A stretch of 64,000 bases of DNA from a bacterium. Lineage in GTDB: Bacteria; Bacteroidota; Bacteroidia; Bacteroidales; UBA3663. Below, in pieces: positions 16,389-24,334 of the stretch. The translations under genes and the position numbers were made by a program. Where the stretch lies: positions 10,244-74,243 of the forward strand of contig CAVGQN010000003.1 in NCBI GenBank assembly GCA_963631395.1, in the 5' to 3' direction. Every line of letters begins with the position of its first letter. Position 1 is the stretch's first letter. Under the pieces are notes generated by a model, which saw only the letters and a list, made by a program, of their open reading frames with translations, had not been told where the DNA came from and searched no databases.

Positions 16389-18521
16389 ATGCACAGACAC
16401 CATTTCACAGCAGCCCTTCTCTCGCTCGCCGCGCTCACCCTAGGCGCGCAGACGCGGCAGTGGACGGTCAGCGACGGACTGCCCGCCAACGAGGTGCACC
16501 AGCTCGTCGAGTTGCCCGACGGACAGATGCTTGTGGGCTGCGAGGGACTGTACTGCCTCTCAGAGGGCGAAGCATTCGTGCCCGTCGACTACGACCGGCA
16601 GCAGGCCGTCGCCCTCCCCCGCTTTGCCGTGCGCTACGGACACATGTGGCAGGGCGACTCGCTCCTGTGGCTGCACGACCTCTACCGGCTCTACCTCTTC
16701 GATGCGCGCACACGGCGCTTCCGCAGCGATGCCGCCCGGATCGCCGATGCTCCCGCCGTCCGGGCCTTTGCCGCGAGCGAGGCTGGCCTCGCCCCCGTCG
16801 ACGACATGCTGTTGCCCGCCATCGACAGCCTGGGCCTCGGCCGCAAGTGCACGGCAGCCACCCGCGACCGGCAGGGCGGCTTGTGGATAGGTACGCGCGA
16901 AGACGGCATCGTCTACAGGTCGCCGCGGGTCAACGTCCCCCTAACACTGCGCAACGACAGCCTTCTGTGGCTAGCACGCGGCGCCCTCGGCAGCCGTAGG
17001 CCACTGCCCGTGCTGCCCTTCCGGCGCATAGGCTTCACCTGCGACCTGCCCGACGGACGCACACTCGTGGGCCACGACATGAACCGCCTGAGCTACTGCC
17101 TATCCGGCACCGACAGCATCCGCTCCATCGCCCCTGCACGCCTGTCGGACTTCCGCAACATCGTGGGGGCATGTCCCGTCGACTCGGTGCGCGTGCTGCT
17201 CTATGCGCAAAACGGCGTGGCCCTGCTCCACACGGGGGCCGACACGCTGGCCGACTTCGCACCCGCACGCCACATAGCGCCCTACACGGACAAATACAAC
17301 TGCGTGCTGCCCGACCGTGACGGCAACCTCTGGATAGGCACCCAGAACGGCCTCTTCGTCGTCACGCCCGCGCCCGTGTGCGAGCGCATCGGCGGACTGG
17401 CCAACCACTGCATCCGCAGCCTCGTGCTCGATGCCTCCGGGCACGTCTGGGCGGGCACTTCGTGCGGCCTCTCGCGCATCACGCCCTCGGTCATCAACTA
17501 CGGGGCCGACGACGGCATTCCGCCCGTGAGCATGATGGAACGGGCCGCCTGCCTCACGCGCGACAGCCTGCTGGTCTTCGTGCACGGCTCGCACTGCACG
17601 GTGTTCCGCCCCGAGTGGCTCACGGGGTCGTGGCCGCCCCTGCCCGTGCGGCTGCTGTCGGTCAGCGCGGGCGGCACCGACAGGCCCTTGACCGAAGGCA
17701 CTGACCTCACCCTGCGCCACGACGAGAACCACATCGCCCTGCTCGTCTCCACCCTCGACTACGCCCACACGGCGCCCTCGCGCTACCGCTGCCGGCTCCT
17801 GCCGCTCGAGACGGACTGGAGCGAGGTCACCCCGCAGCGCGGCTCGGCCACAATCGCCTACACGGCCCTGCCCCACGGCACCTACACCTGCGAGGTGCAG
17901 GCAGCCACCCCCGACGGCGACTGGACCGGCAGCACCCGGCTCACGTGGGTCATCCGCCCGCCGCTGTGGCTCACCTGGTGGGCCAAGAGCCTCTATGTCG
18001 CCGCCGCCCTGGCCTTCGTCGCGGCCGGCATGGCCCTCTACGTGAAGCGCAAGCGCCGCCAGCTGCAGCGCGAAGACGACGAGCGCGTCAACCGCCTCTT
18101 CGAGCTGCGCGCCGAAGCCCGTCACCAGTTTGCGGTCCACACGCATGTCGACCCGCAGAAAGTCGGCCTGACCGCCGACGAGGAAGCCTTGATGGCTCGG
18201 CTGCTCCAGGTGGTGGGCGAGCACCTCGACGACAGCGAGTACGGCGTCGACCAGATGGCCCAGGACGTTGCCATGAGCCGCTCCAGGCTCTACGACCGGC
18301 TGCGCGACATCCTCGGCATCTCGCCCGCCGACTTCATCCGCGATGTGCGGCTCAAGCGCTCGGCCCAGCTCCTCACCGACACGCCGCTGCCCATCGGCGA
18401 CATCGCGGCGCAGGTGGGCTTCGCCACGGCGCGCAACTTCTCGCAGCAGTTCAAGCGTATGTACGGCATGCTGCCCACCGAATACCGCGCACAGGGCATC
18501 GGGCGCTCGGGAACAGACTAA
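16389..18521 (+). CDS. membrane-tethered sensor-regulator: HTCS-type periplasmic propeller repeats + Y_Y_Y domain + TM helix + AraC-type HTH (no kinase or receiver domains)
   Basis: ATG 16389, signal MHRHHFTAALLSLAALTLGAQ. Reg_prop-like repeats (GLWIGTREDGIVY, GNLWIGTQNGLFVV, GHVWAGTSCGLSRI). Y_Y_Y-like YRCRLLPLETDWSEV...LPHGTYTCEVQA. TM segment SLYVAAALAFVAAGMALYV. C-terminal AraC HTH ...IAAQVGFATARNFSQQFKRMYGMLPTEYR. Confidence 0.75.
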   Translation: MHRHHFTAALLSLAALTLGAQTRQWTVSDGLPANEVHQLVELPDGQMLVGCEGLYCLSEGEAFVPVDYDRQQAVALPRFAVRYGHMWQGDSLLWLHDLYRLYLFDARTRRFRSDAARIADAPAVRAFAASEAGLAPVDDMLLPAIDSLGLGRKCTAATRDRQGGLWIGTREDGIVYRSPRVNVPLTLRNDSLLWLARGALGSRRPLPVLPFRRIGFTCDLPDGRTLVGHDMNRLSYCLSGTDSIRSIAPARLSDFRNIVGACPVDSVRVLLYAQNGVALLHTGADTLADFAPARHIAPYTDKYNCVLPDRDGNLWIGTQNGLFVVTPAPVCERIGGLANHCIRSLVLDASGHVWAGTSCGLSRITPSVINYGADDGIPPVSMMERAACLTRDSLLVFVHGSHCTVFRPEWLTGSWPPLPVRLLSVSAGGTDRPLTEGTDLTLRHDENHIALLVSTLDYAHTAPSRYRCRLLPLETDWSEVTPQRGSATIAYTALPHGTYTCEVQAATPDGDWTGSTRLTWVIRPPLWLTWWAKSLYVAAALAFVAAGMALYVKRKRRQLQREDDERVNRLFELRAEARHQFAVHTHVDPQKVGLTADEEALMARLLQVVGEHLDDSEYGVDQMAQDVAMSRSRLYDRLRDILGISPADFIRDVRLKRSAQLLTDTPLPIGDIAAQVGFATARNFSQQFKRMYGMLPTEYRAQGIGRSGTD

Positions 18522-18597
18522 GGCTCCGCTCCAGGCGGCCCTGCAGATGGTCTGGGGCACTATTTTGGGGGTGAAGGGCAAAATTTATGCCCGAAGA

Positions 18598-18629
18598 TTT
18601 GGATATTGTAAGGAAAGTCCTTATCTTTG
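18598..18629 (+). promoter_or_regulatory. promoter candidate for fucO
   Basis: TTTG (18598-18601), N20, TATCTTTG (18622-18629). It leaves a ~138-nt GC-rich leader. Confidence 0.5.
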
Positions 18630-18767
18630 CCCCGTCGGACGTTGCTGAGGCACCCTTCGAGCACACTCCGTTGGGCTTGTCGATGCGTCCTCGGCTGCCA
18701 CCGCTACCGGTGCGCCGTCGGCCGTCCGCACCATCACACCATTAACCCTTAAACCTTTTTTACTATC

Positions 18768-19922
18768 ATGGTCAATCGTTTCATACTGAACGAGCTCTCC
18801 TATTTCGGAGCCGGCTGCCGCAAGGAGCTGCCCGGAGTCGTCTCACGTCTTGGTTTCAAGAAGGCCCTTGTCGTCACCGACAAAGACCTCGTCAAGTTCG
18901 GTGTCTGCAAGATGGTCACCGACGTCATGGACCAGGCCGGCATCCCGTACGAAGTCTATAGCGACGTCGTGCCCAATCCTACCGTCACCAACGTCAAGAA
19001 CGGTGTGGCTGCCCTTGCCAAGAGCGGCGCCGACTTCCTCGTTGCCGTGGGCGGCGGTTCGAGCATCGACACGGCCAAGGGCATCGGCATCGTGACCAAC
19101 AACCCTGAGTTCGCCGACGTGGTGAGCCTGGAGGGTGTAGCCCCGACCAAGAAGAAGACCGTTCCGATTATCTGCTTCCCCACCACGGCGGGCACTGCCG
19201 CCGAGACCACCATCAACTACGTCATCATTGACGAGGAGAAGCACAAGAAGATGGTCTGCGTCGACCCCAACGACATCCCTTACTGCTCCATCGTCGACGC
19301 CGAACTGATGTACTCGCTGCCCAAGGGCACAACGGCCGCAACGGGTCTTGACGCCCTCACTCACGCCATCGAGGGTTACATCACCAAGGCTGCCTGGGAG
19401 CTTTCCGACATGTTCGAGATTGAGGCCATCCGCCTCATCAACAAATACCTGCGTCTGGCTGTCTTCGACCCGACCAACCCTGTGGGCCGCGAGGGTATGG
19501 CCCTGGCCCAGTACGTGGCCGGAATGGCCTTCTCAAACGTAGGTCTCGGCGTTGTGCACGGCATGGCTCACCCGATGGGCTCGCTGCACAACATCCCCCA
19601 CGGCGTGGCCAACGCCATCCTGCTGCCCACCATCATGGAGTACAACGCTCCGGTGTGCCGCGACAAGTATGTCGAGATTGCCAAGGCCATGGGTGCCTAC
19701 AAGGAGGGAATGACGAAGATTGAGGCCGCCCAGGCTGCCTGCGACGCCGTGCGTCAACTCGCCATCGAGGTGGGCATCCCGCAGCACCTCTCCGAACTCG
19801 GCATCTTCGAGAAGGACATCGACGCCCTGGCCGACCAGGCCATCCAGGATGTCTGCACTCCGGGCAACCCGCGCAAGGTGACCCGCGCCGACATCGTCGC
19901 ACTGTATAAGAAGATTTTATAA
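18768..19922 (+). CDS. fucO: lactaldehyde reductase / iron-containing alcohol dehydrogenase (1,2-propanediol oxidoreductase)
   Basis: 384 aa. MVNRFILNELSYFGAGC...VTDKDLVKFG...VVPNPTVTNV...AVGGGSSIDTAKG, with His-rich metal-site motifs of Fe-ADH. Confidence 0.85.
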   Translation: MVNRFILNELSYFGAGCRKELPGVVSRLGFKKALVVTDKDLVKFGVCKMVTDVMDQAGIPYEVYSDVVPNPTVTNVKNGVAALAKSGADFLVAVGGGSSIDTAKGIGIVTNNPEFADVVSLEGVAPTKKKTVPIICFPTTAGTAAETTINYVIIDEEKHKKMVCVDPNDIPYCSIVDAELMYSLPKGTTAATGLDALTHAIEGYITKAAWELSDMFEIEAIRLINKYLRLAVFDPTNPVGREGMALAQYVAGMAFSNVGLGVVHGMAHPMGSLHNIPHGVANAILLPTIMEYNAPVCRDKYVEIAKAMGAYKEGMTKIEAAQAACDAVRQLAIEVGIPQHLSELGIFEKDIDALADQAIQDVCTPGNPRKVTRADIVALYKKIL

Positions 19923-19958
19923 ATTTTCTGCATAAGGAATTGTTTATGTTATAAATTA

Positions 19959-20008
19959 TTACTGTCCGATAAACTTAAAAAGGATACCGGACAGCAATAT
20001 TATTTATT
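19959..20008 (+). terminator. hairpin after fucO
   Basis: TTACTGTCCG / CGGACAGCAA (9 of 10 bp) with a 19-nt loop and a T-rich tail. Confidence 0.4.
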
Positions 20009-20038
20009 AGTTTGTGCAAGAACAAAGATAACCATTTA

Positions 20039-20071
20039 GGCTGATACTCGCAAGAAGCGTCAGCCTTTTTC
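20039..20071 (+). terminator. intrinsic terminator after fucO
   Basis: GGCTGA...TCAGCC stem followed by TTTTTC. Confidence 0.6.
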
Positions 20072-20115
20072 TTTAAATCTAAAAAGTTTTACCGGATAGC
20101 AATAAAACTAAATCT

Positions 20116-21255
20116 CTATTCGCCCCGAAAGGCATTGAGGGCATCGATGACAGAGGTCACGTCTTGCGGCGACAGGCTTTGGTTGCACGGCAAGGAAAGC
20201 TCTTGACTGGCGATGCGCTCGGTGATGGGGAATGAGAGGTGCCGCCACTCGCTGTAGGCCTGCTGACGGTGCGGCGGGATGGGATAATGTATCTGCGTAT
20301 GGATGCCGAGGTCGGCAAGATACTGCTGCAGAGCATCGCGCCGGGGAGACAGGATGGGATAGATGTGGTAGACATGCGGGCCTTTGGCCATGGGCAGCGT
20401 GATGAGGGGCGAGACTATCTCACGACTGTAGCGAAGTGCCATCTCACGGCGGCACGCATTGCAGTTGTCGAGGTCCTTGAGTTTGAGACGGAGCACGGCG
20501 GCCTGCAACTCGTCCATACGGCTGTTAAGCCCCTTGTAGATGTGCACATACTTGCGCGACGAACCGTAAAAGGCTATGCGGCGAATGGTCTCTATCAACT
20601 CGGGATCGGACGAAGTGACGGCTCCGGCATCGCCCAGTGCCCCAAGGTTCTTGCCGGGATAGAAACTCCACGCCTGGGCCGTGCCGCGATAGCGGGGCGA
20701 CACGCCATGACTCTGTGCACAATCTTCTAGCACGAGCAAACCATTCGTATCGGCTATCTGCATCAGAGCGTCCATATCGCAGAGCTGACCGTACAGATGG
20801 ACGGGAAGCAAGGCACGGGTCCTGGCCGTTATGGACGCCTCTACCCTGGCGGGATCGAGCAACCAACTCTCTGCATCGGGCTCGACAGGCACGGGTACAA
20901 GCCCGTTATCTGACACGGCAAGAATGGACGCAATATAGGTATTCGCTGGTACAATAACTTCATCGCCGCGCCGCAACCGTCCCATCTCAATCCATGCCCT
21001 CAGCACAAGGCGCAAGGCATCGAGCCCATTGGCACAAGCCACACAACTCTTGCTGGCCTTGCCCCCATCGCCGGCGTCCGTATCGGCATCCGTATGAGCG
21101 TCGGACAAACCGCAGTAGCGCGCCCACTCCCGCTCGAACGACGACACCTGGCTACCAAACAAATACCAACCGGAATCAACCACCCCCGACAGGGCTTTCT
21201 TCAGGGCCTCGGCGTAGGGCGCATTGACTGCATGTAAATCAAGATACGGAATCAT
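20116..21255 (-). CDS. DegT/DnrJ/EryC1/StrS-family sugar aminotransferase (FdtB/QdtB-like by context)
   Basis: MIPYLDLHAVNAPY..., ANGLDALRLVL and SFYPGKNLGALGDAGAV (PLP-Lys region). It carries an extra low-complexity segment SDAHTDADTDAGDGGKASKS. Confidence 0.85.
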   Translation of the reverse strand: MIPYLDLHAVNAPYAEALKKALSGVVDSGWYLFGSQVSSFEREWARYCGLSDAHTDADTDAGDGGKASKSCVACANGLDALRLVLRAWIEMGRLRRGDEVIVPANTYIASILAVSDNGLVPVPVEPDAESWLLDPARVEASITARTRALLPVHLYGQLCDMDALMQIADTNGLLVLEDCAQSHGVSPRYRGTAQAWSFYPGKNLGALGDAGAVTSSDPELIETIRRIAFYGSSRKYVHIYKGLNSRMDELQAAVLRLKLKDLDNCNACRREMALRYSREIVSPLITLPMAKGPHVYHIYPILSPRRDALQQYLADLGIHTQIHYPIPPHRQQAYSEWRHLSFPITERIASQELSLPCNQSLSPQDVTSVIDALNAFRGE

Positions 21256-21258
21256 AAA

Positions 21259-21397
21259 TGTGTTGCGTTATGGGTGTTGGGTTATGTGTTTTACGTTGCC
21301 GTTCGGAACAAGTATGTGTTGCGTTTTACGTTTTGCGTTATGAATGTCACGAAGGCCGAAACAAAACAGAATATATAAAACGCAAAACGTAAAAGCA
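21259..21397. repeat. ACGTTTTGCGTT-word repeats, including a 16-bp perfect inverted repeat
   Basis: TGTGTTGCGTT at 21259 and 21315. TTTTACGTTTTGCGTT (21324-21339) is the exact reverse complement of AACGCAAAACGTAAAA (21379-21394), with a 39-nt loop between them. Confidence 0.85.
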
Positions 21398-21409
21398 CTT
21401 ACGCCATTC

Positions 21410-22366
21410 TTAGAGGTCTATACAATATCCTTCATAGACCACACCGCGGCCTCCGAAACTCTCCTTGAAGTGGATGAGCGACTCATTGAGGATGTGACCA
21501 CCGTCTTCGTTGGAGGTACCGAAGTCGAAATAGCGGAGCCGGGAGTCGGCGCGGCAGTCCTCGAGAAGCGTCATATAGAGGAAGTCGAGCGCACTGGTGT
21601 GACGTCCGGCCGGAGTGGACGCGCTGTACTGGACGTGCATCACCTGGTCCGTGCGGAAGAGGACGACGCCGCCCTCGGCTTCGCCCTCGGCATTGCGCAC
21701 CAGACAGCAGAGGATACGGCCCGGAAAAGCCAACTGCAACCGCTCCATCTCGTCCAACGTGTGGACCGGCGACGCCCCGTGACGCGACAGAAGTGTGTCG
21801 GTCAGCATGGGCCAGTACTCAGCCAACGAAGCCTCGCGGTCGACAGTGTAGCCACCCCTCAGTAGGCGCGCATGGACATTGCGGCGGCAGTATTCGGCCC
21901 GGATGCCCGCGAAATCGGAGTGCAGGTCAACGGCCGACGAGAGGTTGCGGAACTCCGTCCTCGCCCCCATCCGCCAAAGGAAATAGACGTCCTCGCCGGC
22001 AGGCTGACGGTGATAAACAGACGGCACGGGCTTGTAGTGGACGGCGCTGAAACCGGCCGAGCGGGCGTGGTCGACAATGAGGCCGAGCATGGCCGACACA
22101 TCGGCCGACACGGCTCGAGGCGCCAGGACAAGTCCGCCGTAGGTCAACCCCTGATGCGAATAGAGCTGATGGTCGCACTCGTTGGCGGGCAGGACGGCAA
22201 GCAGCCGCTCCTTATCGTCGACGAACAGCAGACTGTGGTCGTGGAAATGGTCGGCATGATAGTCCATGTAGGCGCGCTCGAAGAGGAACGTGCCATCGCG
22301 CGACTCACGCACAAAAGCATCCCACCGTTCGCGGTCAGCGGCGGTATATGGCCTCAAATGTATCAT
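21410..22366 (-). CDS. GNAT-superfamily (FemAB/Acetyltransf_6-like) acyltransferase
   Basis: 318 aa from ATG 22366 (MIHLRPYTAADRERWDAFVRESRDGTFLFERAYMDYH...). It overlaps the 3' end of the fdtA-like gene by 32 nt. The family call rests on motif memory. Confidence 0.55.
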   Translation of the reverse strand: MIHLRPYTAADRERWDAFVRESRDGTFLFERAYMDYHADHFHDHSLLFVDDKERLLAVLPANECDHQLYSHQGLTYGGLVLAPRAVSADVSAMLGLIVDHARSAGFSAVHYKPVPSVYHRQPAGEDVYFLWRMGARTEFRNLSSAVDLHSDFAGIRAEYCRRNVHARLLRGGYTVDREASLAEYWPMLTDTLLSRHGASPVHTLDEMERLQLAFPGRILCCLVRNAEGEAEGGVVLFRTDQVMHVQYSASTPAGRHTSALDFLYMTLLEDCRADSRLRYFDFGTSNEDGGHILNESLIHFKESFGGRGVVYEGYCIDL

Positions 22367-22739
22367 ACTCTCTGATATAATCCGACTCGTCGAACTTCTG
22401 ACTGGCCAACACCATGCAGACGGCGCCGCTCGAGAAGTCGTCGAGTGTGCGCCACACGCCGGTCTCGACAAGCAAACCCTCCCACGGATGGTTAAGCCGG
22501 AAGGTCTCGACACGTCCGTTGCCGTCGTCGAGGGTCACCTCAAACGAACCGCTCACGGCCACAATAAACTCCAGGCACTCTCTGTGGGCGTGTCCACCCC
22601 GGCTCTCGCCTCCAGGCACGTCGTAGACCCAATAGGTACGCGCTATGTCGAACGGCACATCGGCATTGCCCTCGGCCACCGTCAGGTTGCCGCGCGGGTC
22701 AAAGTGTTTGCTCAGTCCTATGATTCTGCCAAAATTCAT
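22335..22739 (-). CDS. fdtA: FdtA/QdtA/WxcM-type cupin: dTDP-4-keto-6-deoxyhexose 3,4-ketoisomerase
   Basis: 134 aa. FDPRGNLTVAE...PFDIARTYWVYDVPGGESRGGHAHRECLEFIVAVSGSF is the canonical FdtA cupin signature. Confidence 0.8.
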   Translation of the reverse strand: MNFGRIIGLSKHFDPRGNLTVAEGNADVPFDIARTYWVYDVPGGESRGGHAHRECLEFIVAVSGSFEVTLDDGNGRVETFRLNHPWEGLLVETGVWRTLDDFSSGAVCMVLASQKFDESDYIREYDTFEAIYRR

Positions 22740-22798
22740 GACTCTCTATGCCTCTTTTTATATGGTGTTTTTCTTCTTCTTTTCAGCCAAACACGGCC

Positions 22799-24256
22799 CT
22801 ATCTTTTCAGCCAAAGCTCAGGATTTTCAGCATCGGTCTTGCCAAAAATCCAGAACATCAGTTCGGCGCGCTTGCCGTCGATATCGCTCTTGACCTTGCC
22901 GATACTCTGCCGCATCTTGACCTTTTGGCCCTCGGTCACATGACAGGCCGACAGGTTGCTGTAGACGCTCATATAGTCGCCGTGGCTGATGATGATGGTC
23001 CAGTCTTCAGACGACTTGGCCACACGCTGCACTGTGCCGTCGAATATGGCGCAGGCATGGGCATCGACGGCCGTGGAGAGCGTGATGCTGTAGTTGCCGT
23101 CCTTCGAGTAGTGCGAGAGGAAGGCGAAGTTGGAATCGACGGGATAAGGCATCTTGCCCTTGTTCTGACGGAACGTGCCCGTCAGTTGCTGCACCTCGGC
23201 CGGCGAATAGACGTTGCCGCGCCCCTTGCCCGAACCTTGGCCGGACTTGGCGTCGGTCTTGCCCTTCTTGCCGGCATTGCGCTCGGCAGCGAGACGTGCG
23301 GCCTCGGCCTTCTTGCGCTCTTCGGCAATGAGCCGCGTGATCATCTGCTGGATCTGACGCTGGCGTTTGCGGTCGCGAGCAAGCTCGGTTTTCAGTTCGC
23401 GCTGACGCTTCTGGAGCTGGGCGAGCGATTCCACCTGCCGCTGCTGTTTGCGGGCCAGGACGTCGCGCTCCTTCTGCATGCCGGCGTAGAGTTGCTCGCG
23501 CTCGGCGCGCTTCAGAGCCAGTTTCTCTTTGACCGACTCGGTAGCCATACGCTGGCGCGCCAACTCGTGGGCTTCCTGTTCGCGCCAACGGCTGTACTGA
23601 CGCAAGTAGCGTATGCGCCTGAAGCTCTCCGTCACGTCGGCTGCCGACAAGATAAACAGCCACTCGTCGTAGCCGCTCCTCCACTTGTAGAGATGGCGCA
23701 CGGCAGCCGCATATTTGTCCTGCTTGCCCTTATACTCGCGCGTCAGTCGAGCCACGACCCTGCGCAGCGAATCCTCCTCCTGCCTGATGCTCTCTATCTC
23801 CATCTGCATGGACTGAAGCAGAGCCAGGCGCTTATTGATTTCGTCTTCGCGCAACTTGATGTCACGGCTTTGGCTGAGCACCGACTTGTCGTTGTCGGAT
23901 ATCATCCGCTCAGTGGCAGCTATCTGCCGGATCAGTTCTTGCTGCTGCTTCTCGTACTCGGCGCGGCTGAGACGCTTGGTTGGGGCGGTGTTGGGTGTTG
24001 GGTTTGGGGTTTTGGTTTTTGGGGTTGACGTTGCAGAAGCGTTTTGCGTTTTGCGTTTTACGTTTTGCGTTGCCGATGTCTTGGCCTTGGCTGACTTTGC
24101 CGCAGTGCTTTGCTTGGTGGTTGAAGTTGTCTTTTTGGCCGACGAAGTCTTGGTTGCCGTCTTTTTGGCCGGCGTCTTGGTTTGGGCAAATGACACCGGG
24201 GCGGCAAGCAGGAAGGCTCCGACCAAGAATGTGACTATGATGTTCAGGAATCTCAT
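22799..24256 (-). CDS. M23/LytM peptidoglycan metalloendopeptidase with long coiled coil (EnvC-like)
   Basis: ATG 24256 (the track start at 24268 is TTG). Signal MRFLNIIVTFLVGAFLLAAPVSFA. A K/T/S/A-rich linker and a heptad-rich middle region. The C-terminal ...ISHGDYMSVYSNLSACHVTEGQKV... fits an M23 domain. Confidence 0.8.
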   Translation of the reverse strand: MRFLNIIVTFLVGAFLLAAPVSFAQTKTPAKKTATKTSSAKKTTSTTKQSTAAKSAKAKTSATQNVKRKTQNASATSTPKTKTPNPTPNTAPTKRLSRAEYEKQQQELIRQIAATERMISDNDKSVLSQSRDIKLREDEINKRLALLQSMQMEIESIRQEEDSLRRVVARLTREYKGKQDKYAAAVRHLYKWRSGYDEWLFILSAADVTESFRRIRYLRQYSRWREQEAHELARQRMATESVKEKLALKRAEREQLYAGMQKERDVLARKQQRQVESLAQLQKRQRELKTELARDRKRQRQIQQMITRLIAEERKKAEAARLAAERNAGKKGKTDAKSGQGSGKGRGNVYSPAEVQQLTGTFRQNKGKMPYPVDSNFAFLSHYSKDGNYSITLSTAVDAHACAIFDGTVQRVAKSSEDWTIIISHGDYMSVYSNLSACHVTEGQKVKMRQSIGKVKSDIDGKRAELMFWIFGKTDAENPELWLKR

Positions 24257-24334
24257 TTTTTCAGACAATCAAAAAAGGACAGTCGAGTCAGGAAAGGCAA
24301 CAGGGGCAAAAGCCGGCGGCACAGGACAACGGGC

